Of a stretch of 64,000 bases of DNA, positions 8,889 through 19,100 are shown piece by piece (positions within the stretch are counted from its first letter, which is position 1; each line of letters opens with the position of its first letter). This DNA comes from Eubacteriales bacterium (GTDB lineage: Bacteria > Bacillota > Clostridia > Oscillospirales > CAG-272). Both the position numbers and the translations under genes were made by a program. Where the stretch lies: NCBI GenBank assembly GCA_045594745.1, contig JAZNZC010000151.1, positions 5,095-69,094 on the forward strand. Reading direction: 5' to 3'. Below the pieces are notes generated by a model that was given only the letters and a program-made list of their open reading frames with translations, was not told where the DNA came from and did no database searches.

Positions 8889-9407
8889 ATGGAACTTTTG
8901 ATCTTTTCGGATTCGCATGGTCGTGCCGAAAATATGTCGGCGGCTCTCGATCGACAAGTCAAATCTCCCGATGCCATCCTCTTTTTGGGCGACGGTGCGC
9001 GCGATCTTGACCATCTTTTCCTTGTCGATACGCCTCTTTGGGCGGTGCGTGGCAACTGCGATTGGTCATCGTCCGATTATGCCGATAGAACCGAGCGTCT
9101 TTTGCATTTCGAAGGGCACACCATTCTTATGACACACGGTCACGAATGGGGCGTCAAAGGTGGTTTGGGGGCTCTCATCGCGCACGCAGCAGATGTTGGC
9201 GCTGATATTGTCTTGTTTGGCCACACGCACAAGCCGACCCTTGTGACCATCTCCGCCGGCGAGCAGGTGGGCAAAACTGTGCTCTCGCGCCCGATGTATC
9301 TTTTCAATCCCGGCAGCATCGGTTTTGATGAAGATGGGGAAGGGTATTCCTTTGGAACGCTGACGCTCAAAGAAGAGACTGTTCTGTTCGGCCACGGACG
9401 TCTGTAA
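8889..9407 (+). CDS. YfcE/MJ0936-family metallophosphoesterase
   Basis: Start at ATG 8889 (MELLIFSDSHG). Motifs DSHG, GDGARD, GNCD, THGH and GHTH. Confidence 0.85.
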   Translation: MELLIFSDSHGRAENMSAALDRQVKSPDAILFLGDGARDLDHLFLVDTPLWAVRGNCDWSSSDYADRTERLLHFEGHTILMTHGHEWGVKGGLGALIAHAADVGADIVLFGHTHKPTLVTISAGEQVGKTVLSRPMYLFNPGSIGFDEDGEGYSFGTLTLKEETVLFGHGRL

Positions 9408-9410
9408 AAC

Positions 9411-9445
9411 AAAAAAAGACCGCCAAAGCAGTCTTTTTCGGTTTT
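9411..9445. terminator. weak A/U-rich bidirectional hairpin between convergent genes
   Basis: AAAAAGAC-n10-GTCTTTTT lies between the phosphoesterase stop and the spoVG stop. Confidence 0.35.
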
Positions 9446-9453
9446 TATTCTTT

Positions 9454-9759
9454 TTATACGGGTTCGCCAACCTCTTCGGCGTTTTCGGTATTTGCTGCCG
9501 CTTCGGCAAGGGCTGCCTCGTATGCGCTGATTACGCTGGCTTCCAGCATCCCACGGAACTGTGCGTTAATGGGATGTACGATGTCGCGATAGGTGTCATC
9601 GGGGTTCTTGCGGCTGGGCATTACGATGAAATACTTTTCACGTGCGTAGATCACTTTTACGTCGTGAACGGCAAGTTGTCCGTCAAACGTAACCGAAACG
9701 ATCGCCTTCATAGGGCCTTCATCAAACAGTTTTCTTACTTTGATATCGGTAATTTGCAT
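9454..9759 (-). CDS. spoVG: septation protein SpoVG
   Basis: MQITDIKVRKL...VHDVKVI...MPSRK is a family-typical sequence. Start set at the internal ATG (9757-9759) behind RBS GGAGGA. Confidence 0.95.
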   Translation of the reverse strand: MQITDIKVRKLFDEGPMKAIVSVTFDGQLAVHDVKVIYAREKYFIVMPSRKNPDDTYRDIVHPINAQFRGMLEASVISAYEAALAEAAANTENAEEVGEPV

Positions 9760-9957
9760 TGGTAAATCCTCCGTTGATCTTTTACTGTTGTCATTATTAT
9801 ACAGCATTTTTGTGACCGTTATTCAATGATAGCAGTATCTTTTTGTGAATGAAACGCGAATGTTTTTCAAAAAAGAGCCGTTTTTGTCACAAAGAGGGAG
9901 AGTTTGTCATATAGAAAAATAAAGTTCGTTAAGACGGATTTGGAAAGGGGAAGCAAT

Positions 9958-11364
9958 ATGGCATTGGAGAATACACACTACGGGTACGCGCATATTGGAG
10001 AGATGCTAAAAGATTGCCACAGTATTTTCTTTATAGGGATCGGCGGCATCAGTATGTCGGCACTGGCGCAGATATCGCTCTCGCTCGGCTACGGGGTGGG
10101 CGGCTCTGACCGTTCCGAGAATGCGCAAACAGCGCACCTGAAGGAAATGGGCATTCCTGTTTTCGCGTCTCACGATGCAGCCAACATTGCACGCTACGAT
10201 GCCGTGGTCTACACGGTCGCCATCGGAGCGGATAATCCCGAATATCTTGCCGCAAAGGCGGCAGGCAAGCCACTTCTTTCCCGCGCGGACTATCTTGGGT
10301 ATTTGATGGTATCCTACCGTCACCGCATCGGAGTTGCGGGTATGCACGGCAAGAGTAGTTGCACGGCGATGTGTGCGCAGATCTTTCTTTCTGCCACCGA
10401 TGCCACTGTCCTCTGCGGTGCGGAGCTGCCACTTCTCAAAGGCTCTACCTGTTGTATCGGAAGTGAGCAGGAGCATTTTGTTTTTGAAGCCTGCGAATAT
10501 ATGGACTCCTTCCTCGATTTCAATCCGACACTCGCGGTCGTGCTCAACGTAGGAATGGATCATCCTGATTATTTCCAAAATCTCGAACAGATCCGCGCGT
10601 CCTTCCTCAACTACGCTCGCCGTACGGGCAAAGGGGGAACTGTTCTCTACAACGCCGACGACGAGCAAAGTGTGTTGGCAATGGGAGAATTTGAAGGACG
10701 TCACGTTACTTTCGGCATTGAAAAGCTCGCCGACTATTCGGCGCGAAATGTCAAACACGAGGGCGGCATTACCGAGTTTGACTTTTATCATACAAGCGAT
10801 CTCTTGTGCCATATTCGCTTACACGTGTTCGGTTTGCACAACGTCTACAATGCGTTGGCGGCGGCCGCGGCGGCAAGTGTTTGCGGTATTGCTCCCAAGC
10901 AGATTGCTAAGGCACTCGAAGAATTTGTAGGTGCAAAACGCCGTATGGAGCGCAAGGGGATACTGAACGGTGCTGTTGTCTATGACGACTACGGGCATCA
11001 CCCTGTGGAAATTCGCGCAACGCTCGCAGGAGCGCGGGAGATGGGATACAAGCGCATTCTCTGCGCCTATCAGCCTCACACATACAGCCGCACGGCAAAG
11101 CTATTTGATGCTTTTGTGCGCGCTTTCGATTTTGCAGACCGTGTTTATTTTGCCGACATTTACGCCGCACGCGAGCAGAATGTTTTCGGTGTCAGCTCCG
11201 AAATGCTTGCCCAAAAGATAGGCCCCACAGCCGAGTACTGTGGCAGCTTCGCTCACATAGCCGAAGCGTTGACACGTGATGCAAAAGAGGGCGATTTGGT
11301 GATTGTAATGGGCGCCGGCGATATTTATAAGGTTTATGACTTTTTAGATTTACGAAGTTTTTGA
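9958..11364 (+). CDS. murC: UDP-N-acetylmuramate--L-alanine ligase
   Basis: GIGGISMSALA and GMHGKSSCTAM Mur-ligase motifs. Start at ATG 9958 behind GGAAAGGGGAAG. Confidence 0.95.
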   Translation: MALENTHYGYAHIGEMLKDCHSIFFIGIGGISMSALAQISLSLGYGVGGSDRSENAQTAHLKEMGIPVFASHDAANIARYDAVVYTVAIGADNPEYLAAKAAGKPLLSRADYLGYLMVSYRHRIGVAGMHGKSSCTAMCAQIFLSATDATVLCGAELPLLKGSTCCIGSEQEHFVFEACEYMDSFLDFNPTLAVVLNVGMDHPDYFQNLEQIRASFLNYARRTGKGGTVLYNADDEQSVLAMGEFEGRHVTFGIEKLADYSARNVKHEGGITEFDFYHTSDLLCHIRLHVFGLHNVYNALAAAAAASVCGIAPKQIAKALEEFVGAKRRMERKGILNGAVVYDDYGHHPVEIRATLAGAREMGYKRILCAYQPHTYSRTAKLFDAFVRAFDFADRVYFADIYAAREQNVFGVSSEMLAQKIGPTAEYCGSFAHIAEALTRDAKEGDLVIVMGAGDIYKVYDFLDLRSF

Positions 11365-11389
11365 TACCTCTAAAATAAAGGAGAAAAGA

Positions 11390-12613
11390 ATGAAAAAAAC
11401 AATTTTTTCACCCACCAATATATTATTACCCAAACAAAATTTTGAATCCTGGTCGGTCATTGCCTGTGATCAGTTTACATCCAACGAGGAGTATTGGCAA
11501 TCGGTCAAAAGTACGGCAGGGGAGAACCCCACCACGCTGAACCTCATCTATCCCGAGGTGTATCTCGGCAAGACGGATGCTGCCGAAATGACCGCAAACA
11601 TCAACAATGCTATGCAAAAATACGTTGAGGACGGCATTTTTCGGGAATACCCCAATGCTCTTATCTACGTCGAGCGTACCCAGCGCGACGGCAAGGTGAG
11701 ATGCGGTATCGTCGGTGCTGTTGACCTTGACGCTTACGATTACAACGAGGGTTCTACCTCGCGCGTCCGCGCTACCGAAAAAACGGTGCTTGAGCGTATC
11801 CCGCCCCGCGTGGAGATCCGAAAGAATGCAACGCTGGAGCTCCCGCACATCCTGATGCTGATGGATGACACCGCGCGTGCGGTTGTTGAGCCTTTGGCTC
11901 TTATTGCAAAGAACGGTGCGATGCAAAAGCTCTATGATTTTGACCTGATGTTGGATGGCGGACATTTGTGCGGCTATCTCATTCCCGAGGGAATGCACGA
12001 CGACATCTGCCAAAAGATAGAAGCCTTGGGAGACCTGCACGGCGGCATTACGCTTGCCGTTGGTGACGGCAATCACTCCTTGGCAACCGCCAAGGCCTGC
12101 CGCGCTTTGGGAGCGACCGAGTGCAACCGCTACGCGCTTTGCGAGGTGATGAACATTCACAGCGAAGCGCTTGTGTTCGAGCCCATCTTCCGCACGGTCG
12201 AGGGAATTGATGCTGCACAACTGCTCACCGATTTCAAGGCATATCTTGCAGATCCCGCCAACCAAAACGCAAGGAACGCACCGCAAGAGATTACTTTTGT
12301 CAGCGGAACGCTCCGCGAAGTTATTGTTGCAAAGCAACCGCCGCACGCACTTGCAGTGGGAACGGTTCAGCAGTTCTTGGATACCTACCTTCCCGACAAA
12401 CAGGGTGCCGTTATCGATTACATCCATGACGAAGAGGAGCTTTTGGCGCTTACATCCGATGGGAAAACCAGCGGCTTCCTCTATGGCTGTATGGGCAAGA
12501 GTGAGCTTTTTGACGCCATCGAAAAAGAGGGTGTCCTTCCGCGTAAGACCTTCTCCATGGGCTCCGCGCGTGACAAGCGGTATTATACAGAGGCGAGACG
12601 AATAGTAGAATAA
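11390..12613 (+). CDS. DUF1015 family protein
   Basis: N-terminus MKKTIFSPTNILLP...WSVIACDQFTS and the overall length are typical of DUF1015. RBS AAAGGAG. Confidence 0.8.
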   Translation: MKKTIFSPTNILLPKQNFESWSVIACDQFTSNEEYWQSVKSTAGENPTTLNLIYPEVYLGKTDAAEMTANINNAMQKYVEDGIFREYPNALIYVERTQRDGKVRCGIVGAVDLDAYDYNEGSTSRVRATEKTVLERIPPRVEIRKNATLELPHILMLMDDTARAVVEPLALIAKNGAMQKLYDFDLMLDGGHLCGYLIPEGMHDDICQKIEALGDLHGGITLAVGDGNHSLATAKACRALGATECNRYALCEVMNIHSEALVFEPIFRTVEGIDAAQLLTDFKAYLADPANQNARNAPQEITFVSGTLREVIVAKQPPHALAVGTVQQFLDTYLPDKQGAVIDYIHDEEELLALTSDGKTSGFLYGCMGKSELFDAIEKEGVLPRKTFSMGSARDKRYYTEARRIVE

Positions 12614-12624
12614 GAGCAAAGAAT

Positions 12625-12713
12625 GTGTGGGGAAAACCTGTTGTAGAGGAACATCGCAACGTTCCGTTGCTGCGGAAATATTTCGCAAGCGAAACACTAC
12701 GTTTTCCCCACGC
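12625..12713 (+). other. candidate three-way-junction RNA element just after the DUF1015 stop
   Basis: 13-bp closing helix 12625-12637/12701-12713 encloses hairpins 12648-12665 and 12681-12694. Confidence 0.4.
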
Positions 12714-12780
12714 ACCCTTCAATAACTCTCTAACAGAAGATAACAAAAAGGAGCTGTCGGCCTACCGACGGACCGTAGAT

Positions 12781-12805
12781 GCGAGGTGTAAGCCTCGCTT
12801 TTTTT
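12781..12805 (+). terminator. rho-independent terminator
   Basis: GCGAGG-tgtaag-CCTCGC followed by T7. Confidence 0.7.
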
Positions 12806-13051
12806 ATCGTTAAATACGGTGCTTTTTGCAAGTTGTCGCTTGCGAAATTGCAAAAACAGGTCAGGCAGACCTCGAAAAAATGTTAAAAAAGTGTAAATTT
12901 TATTCAAACAAATGTGGATAATTATTCACCACTCGATATTGGCCGACGAATAAAGGGGTGCAAAATCAACAAAAGACACACGTGTTTGTCTCCCACTTTT
13001 TCGTTGAAATGACGAAAAACATATTTTATATAATATATAGCAAATACTTTA

Positions 13052-13080
13052 TTGACATTTTGCGCAAATTATGGTATACT
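13052..13080 (+). promoter_or_regulatory. sigma-A-type promoter of the proteinase/Opp operon
   Basis: TTGACA at 13052-13057, 17-nt spacer, TATACT at 13075-13080 with an upstream TG. Confidence 0.6.
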
Positions 13081-13176
13081 TGAAGCTAAGAGTGTCAAAA
13101 CGCTCAACAATTCATAATTTGTTTGTGCCAACCGTTTTTGGGCGGCATGAAAAATCAAAGAACCGAGGAATTCAAA

Positions 13177-16100
13177 ATGCGTAAAGAATCCACACAAACA
13201 CGAACACCCTTAAAAATGCTTTTGCCCAAGTGCTTTGCTGCCTTTCTTGCAATCGTTTTACTGATGCAATCGGCAGCGGTAGGCATTTGTGCATTGGCGC
13301 AGAACATCTCTTTTCAAACTGACAAGGAGAGCGTCTCCTCGCCCAATCCTTCGGGCATTGCAAGGCTCGATCAGGATGACGTGATAGCCCAGTTGAAAAA
13401 AGATCTTGTCAAGTCTTTCAACAAGGACTTGGTTAAAAAAGTCTCGGACTATGAGCTCCGTGGTAACGTCGGCTTGATCATCACCTTCTCTGATGATTCG
13501 CTCGTATCCGCTTACACAAGATCGGAATACGCAAAGCAGATGACCTACGAGCAGTTCAAGGAGACAGCGGCGGCTAAAGGCTATGCAAATGAGCTTACCG
13601 CTAACCAGAACAAGATCCTTGATCAGCTTATGGCAGAGGGACTGATCAACGAGATCAGATACAACTATGTCCATATCGCTGACGGCGCTTTTGTTAAGAC
13701 CACCTACGATATGATCGAAAAGATCAGCGCAGTAGAGGGCGTTGAGAGAATCATCGTCTCCAACACCTACCTGCCGGCAGCAGCGGTTGAAAACCCCGTT
13801 GACGTTTACGAAACCGGTATTTTCAACAGCGGCAGCGTTGATTACACAGGTAAGGGAACCATCGTTGCAATTCTGGATACCGGTTGTGATTACTCCCATA
13901 CCGCGTTCAATACATACGAGATCCAAAATCCTCTCTACAACCGTGATATGATCGCGGACCTTCTCGCAAAAGAGGATTTCAAGGCCGAAGAGCTTACCGC
14001 GGATCTTGAGGCGAGAGAGGTTTACTACGGCAACATTACCGGCAACAAGATTGCTTTCGGTTATGACTACGCCGATAAGGATCCGGACATCATGCCCTTT
14101 GAAAATAGCCACGGTACTCACGTAGCCGGCATTATAGCGGGTAAGGATGATAAGATTACCGGTGTTGCTATCGATGCACAGCTTGCCATCATGAAGGTTT
14201 TCAGCGACTATGATGAGGGTGCAGAAGAAGGCGACATTATCGCTGCTCTTGAGGATGCCGTTATTCTCGGCGTTGATGCTATCAACATGAGCCTTGGTGC
14301 TTCCTGCGGCTTCACCTATGAGAGTGCACCCGATAAGGTATACAAAAACGAAGTCTACGGTAGAATCGAGCAAGCGGGTATCTCCTTGGTAGTTGCGGCT
14401 TCCAACGATTACAGCAGCGGCTTCGGCTCCGAGCAGGGTAACACCAATAAGACGTATAACCCTGACTCCGCAACCGTAGGTTCTCCTTCCACTTACACCT
14501 CGGCAATGTCCGTTGCATCCATCAGCGGTAAAAAGGACAATTACATGTATGCAAACGGCAAGGATGTAATCTTCTTCACGCCTTCGGTTAATACGTCTGC
14601 AAAGGAATACGATTTCTTTGCGATGCTCGGCATTACAGAGGGCGACAACGTAACTTATGATTACGTTACCGTACCCGGTGTAGGTATGAAGGTCAACTAC
14701 ACGGGACTTGATATGTACGGTAAAATAGCACTCGTTAAGAGAGGCGACATCACCTTTGAGGAAAAGGTACAGTTTGCCGCCGAGGCAGGTGCTATCGCCG
14801 TTATTATTTACAACAACGTCTTCGGAGACATTACCATGACCATTGGTAATGACGCGAAGATTCCCGCAGTTTCCATCGGTAAAGACGAGGGTGACAGATT
14901 GGCGATGCACGAAGAGGGAACACTTGAGTTCAACCTGGATAACGTAGCAGGTCCCTTTATGAGTGACTTCTCCTCTTGGGGCCCCAATCCCGACCTCTCC
15001 CTTAAGCCCGAGACCACCGCGCACGGCGGTAACATTCTTTCTGCCGTTGTAGGCGGTGAATACGATGAGCAGAGCGGTACGAGTATGGCTGCCCCCAATA
15101 TGTGCGGCATCACCGTTTTGATCCGTCAATACGTAAAGGAGACCTTCCCCGAGCTTTCCGCAACTGAGGTAAGAGATCTCGTTAACCAGCTTACAATGTC
15201 TACTGCGACCATCGCACTTGACCAAAAGGGCAATCCCTACTCCCCGAGAAAGCAGGGCGCCGGTATTGCCGATATCGCAAAATCCACTACTACCCCCGCA
15301 TACCTCTATGTTGACGGTATCAACAAGACCAAGCTTGAGCTCAAGGATGACCCCAACCGCACGGGTGTCTACAAGATGAGCATCAATCTCAAAAATCTTT
15401 CCGATCGCACGCTCTCTTACAAGCTCGGTAACATCACTATGACCGAGAGCGTATCCGCTTCCGATCCCGAATACGTTGCCGAAATGGCGTACCTGCTCTC
15501 CAACAGCTCTGAGTACAGCGTTGAAGGTGGCACACTCGTAGACGGTGTGGTTTCGGTTGAGGCGGGCAAAACCGCAAAGGTAAACGTAACCATCACGCTT
15601 TCTGCCGAGGATAAGAGCTATCTTAACGCTACTTTTGAGAATGGTATGTATGTTGAGGGCTTCCTGACCTTTACGAGCACCGAGGAAAACGGCGTAGACC
15701 TCAACGCCCCCTTCTTAGCCTTCTATGGCAACTGGGGCGATGCACCCATCTTCGACCTTGATTACTATGAGGTTGAAACCGAGGCACACAACGATGCTAT
15801 CGACGATGAGGATAAGATCAAGGCTGACTATTACGCTACAACTCCTTTGGGCAGCTATTATTACGACTACATCATTCCTTTGGGTAGTTACGTTTATGCT
15901 ATGGACGAAAGCAAGTATAACGCAATTCCCGCAACACAAGAGAGGGCAGCTATTTCCTACTATGCCGACAGCATCAGCGGTATTTACGGTGTATTTGCCG
16001 GACTTCTCAGAGGTGCTAAGGAACTCAGTATTCAAATCGTCGACACCTCCACCGGCGAGGTCGTATGGGAGGATGTTGAGTACAACTGTTACAAATCGCA

Positions 16101-19100
16101 CTTCAGCGGTTCACCGCGTCCCTATTCCTCTCACTTCGATCTTCCTACCGTAAACTACGAAACAGGCGAAGTGCTGGGTAACAACAACACCAAGTTTGAG
16201 GTTACCATGAGCGCTAAGCTCGACTGGGACGGCGGCGAGAACATTTCCGACACCTACTCCTTCTCCTTCTACATCGACTACGAGGCTCCTACCGTAATCA
16301 ACTCCAAGTTCAGAACCGAGTATGATAAGGGAAGAGAAGAGAACCGCTACTACCTTGACCTTACCGTATACGATAATCACTACGCTATGTCGGTGCGTCC
16401 CATCTCTGTATACGAGATATGGAACCCCGAGAAGGGTGATATTGATAAAACCTACTCCATGCTCACCGAGTATCCCATTCCGATCTATCAAACCAATCGC
16501 GGTGAGAATACTGTGGTGACCATTGAGCTTACCGACTACTTGGATATTATTGCAGACTCTACGATGCCCAACGGCGTAACGCTCTACATAGACGACTATG
16601 CTATGAATGCTTCCATTACTTATGTTCCTTTCCCGTCCACGGCAGATGACGGCAAGGATCTGGAGTTTATGGAGGATGAGATCGATCTCGACATTAACGA
16701 GACCTTCGATCTTACCAAATTCTTTGTATATGAAGATACTACCAAGACCGTTAACAGCGACTATCTCCACACGCTCAAGTGGGAGGTTGGTAATTGGGTA
16801 AACGATGTATGGGAGCCTTCCGATGACGTGGTGGCTATCCATAACGGACAGATCGAGGCATTAAAGTCCGGTACGGCGATCGTGCGAGTTACCAGTGATA
16901 GCTGGATCACCAAAACCACATCAAACGGACTTACTGTAAACATTCCCACATTTAAGTATCTAACCGTACACGTTTCCGAGACCGTTATCAGCGACAATCC
17001 GAATTCCGGTGATAACGTACAGCTTGAATCGTTAGAGTTTGTTTCATATAAGACTCTGTTCGCGTTTAACACAGATATCGATTATTCCGAAATCGGTATT
17101 ACCGATTCGGTTCACTACTTTGACGGCAACTACAGTGTCTCTTGCTATCCCTCCGAAAAGATACAACTCAACCCGCTGCTCAAGCCTTGGAACATTTCCG
17201 AGGATAGATACACGCTTTCGTGGTCTTCGAGTAACCCCAAGGTTGCTACCGTTGACGAAAACGGCGTGGTAACTGCAGAGGCAGAGGGTAGCTCAAGAAT
17301 TACCCTTAAAATTACCATTGACGGAAAGACGTCGACGCTTGCAGCGCGACTTTCCATTGAGGTAAAGAGTGAGTTCATCATTGAAAACAGAACTCTTATT
17401 GCCTATAAGGGCAAGGGTGGTGACGTTGTGATCCCCGATGATGAAGGAATTATTTATATCGGCGATTTCGCATTCTCTCACTACGATCTTGATAATGAGA
17501 AAGAGGTAGAGAAGGATGAAAACGGTTACTACGATATGGATGAAAAGAAGTCGGCTATCGGTAACGATACCGTAACCTCTGTTGTCATCCCCGAGGGCGT
17601 TGAAACGATCAATAAGTACGCCTTCTACAACTGTACCGCACTCAGAAACGTAACGCTTCCTACCACGTGTAAGCAGATCGGCGAGCACGCATTTGAAGAT
17701 TGCGTCATACTTGAGAACGTTAACTTCGATAACGTTAAAATCGTCTCCGATTATGCATTCAACAACTGTAAGAGTCTCTCCTGCGAGGAGATCGGCGGGG
17801 CAAAAACCTCCGGAATATACACCGTAGGTGCATTTGGCCTTGCAGGCACCAGATTCTCAAATCTGACACTTACTCGCCTTGCAAGAATCGGTGAGAGTGC
17901 ATTTGCTAACTGTAGCAAGCTCACCACCGTTGAGCTGGGTTCCAGCACCAGAATTTCCGCTAAGATGTTTGAAAACAGCGGATTGACCTCTATTACTGTT
18001 TACGCCGACAGCATTGATGACAATGCATTTGCAGGATCTAAGAATCTCAAAAGCGTAGTGATCGTAAACGACCTCACCTATTTGGGTGCAAAGGCCTTCG
18101 ATGGTTGTGAACGTCTTGAGAGCATTGAGATCAAGAAATCTCTTGAGCAAATTGGCGACTATGCTTTCCGCGGCTGCAAAAAGCTCACTGAGGTTAAGCT
18201 TCCCGACGGAAAAATCCGTATTGGGGACGGCGTGTTCGATTCTTGCGGACTGACCACCCTTAAGTTCTCTCCCAACACAGAAATTGCCTATATCGGCATT
18301 ACCCCCTTCTCGGGATACAGAACGAAGATCAACATTGATGTTACCGATTCCGCGCTTTATACTGCGGACAACGGCGTTATCTATAATAAGGATAAGAGCA
18401 CGCTCGTTCTTGTTGCTCCCGACACCACCCAAACCGAGTTTGTTGTTCCCGCAAGTGTTGTAACGATCGGTAGTGGCGCGTTCTCCTCTCTCAGCAAGCT
18501 CAAGAAGGTAGAATTTGCTGCCGACTCACAGCTTACTACCATTGATCAAAATGCATTTGCCGGATGCTCCGCACTCAAAACTGTTATTCTTCCCCAAAAG
18601 GCAATTTCCATAAAGGATTACGCATTCTATGCAACCTCAAGTCTTGAGACCATCGACCTTTCTAAGGTTGCCGAGGTTGGCATGTATGCATTTGCTACAT
18701 CGTCTCTCAAAAACATCGATCTTTCCAATGTTGTAACGATCGGTGACGGCGCATTCTTCGATAGTATGTCTCTCAAAACTGTCAAGCTCGGTGCCAATGC
18801 AGCAATCGGAAAGTACGCATTTGCAAACTCCACCGTTGAAACAGTTGATCTCTTGGGTGATGCTACCATTGGTGAGGGCGCATTCAACACCTGCGTATAT
18901 CTTACTTCCTTTGATTTTAGCGAGGTGACAGGTAAGATTGGTGACTTTGCATTCTATCAGTGTGTGGCACTTACTTCCGTAGTAGCGCCTTACATTACTG
19001 AGCTTGGTTCTGCTGTGTTCAGCGATTGTGCAAATCTTAGCGAGTTCAGCGCAGAGCGACTTGAGATCATTGGCAACAACGCCTTTGCTCCCAATGATGA

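Noticed and set aside
8709-9014. 101-aa minus ORF with a KKEKKQKRKEKERER tail
   Set aside because: The low-complexity tail is the antisense reading of the T-rich terminator tail. The ORF also overlaps the promoter and 5' end of the phosphoesterase gene.
11426-12715. 429-aa minus-strand ORF opposite DUF1015, plus 1342-2085, 3187-3726, 4323-5444, 5715-6764 and 10006-10812 opposite the HD, SbcD-like, SbcC-like and murC genes
   Set aside because: The sense-strand products carry unambiguous family motifs. The antisense translations are Arg-, Cys- and Ser-rich with no motifs. The cause is the same codon bias.
13258-15225. 655-aa minus-strand ORF, with similar ones at 16111-16842, 17857-18432, 19180-20478, 22499-24715, 42730-43671, 44725-45912, 50246-51253, 52025-52837 and 58973-61561
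   Set aside because: Those I checked (13258-15225 and 22499-24715) are codon-aligned antisense shadows of + strand genes with strong motif support (S8 triad, family-5 SBP). I assume the same for the rest, which overlie the VWA and beta-helix genes and others. No independent start signals are present.
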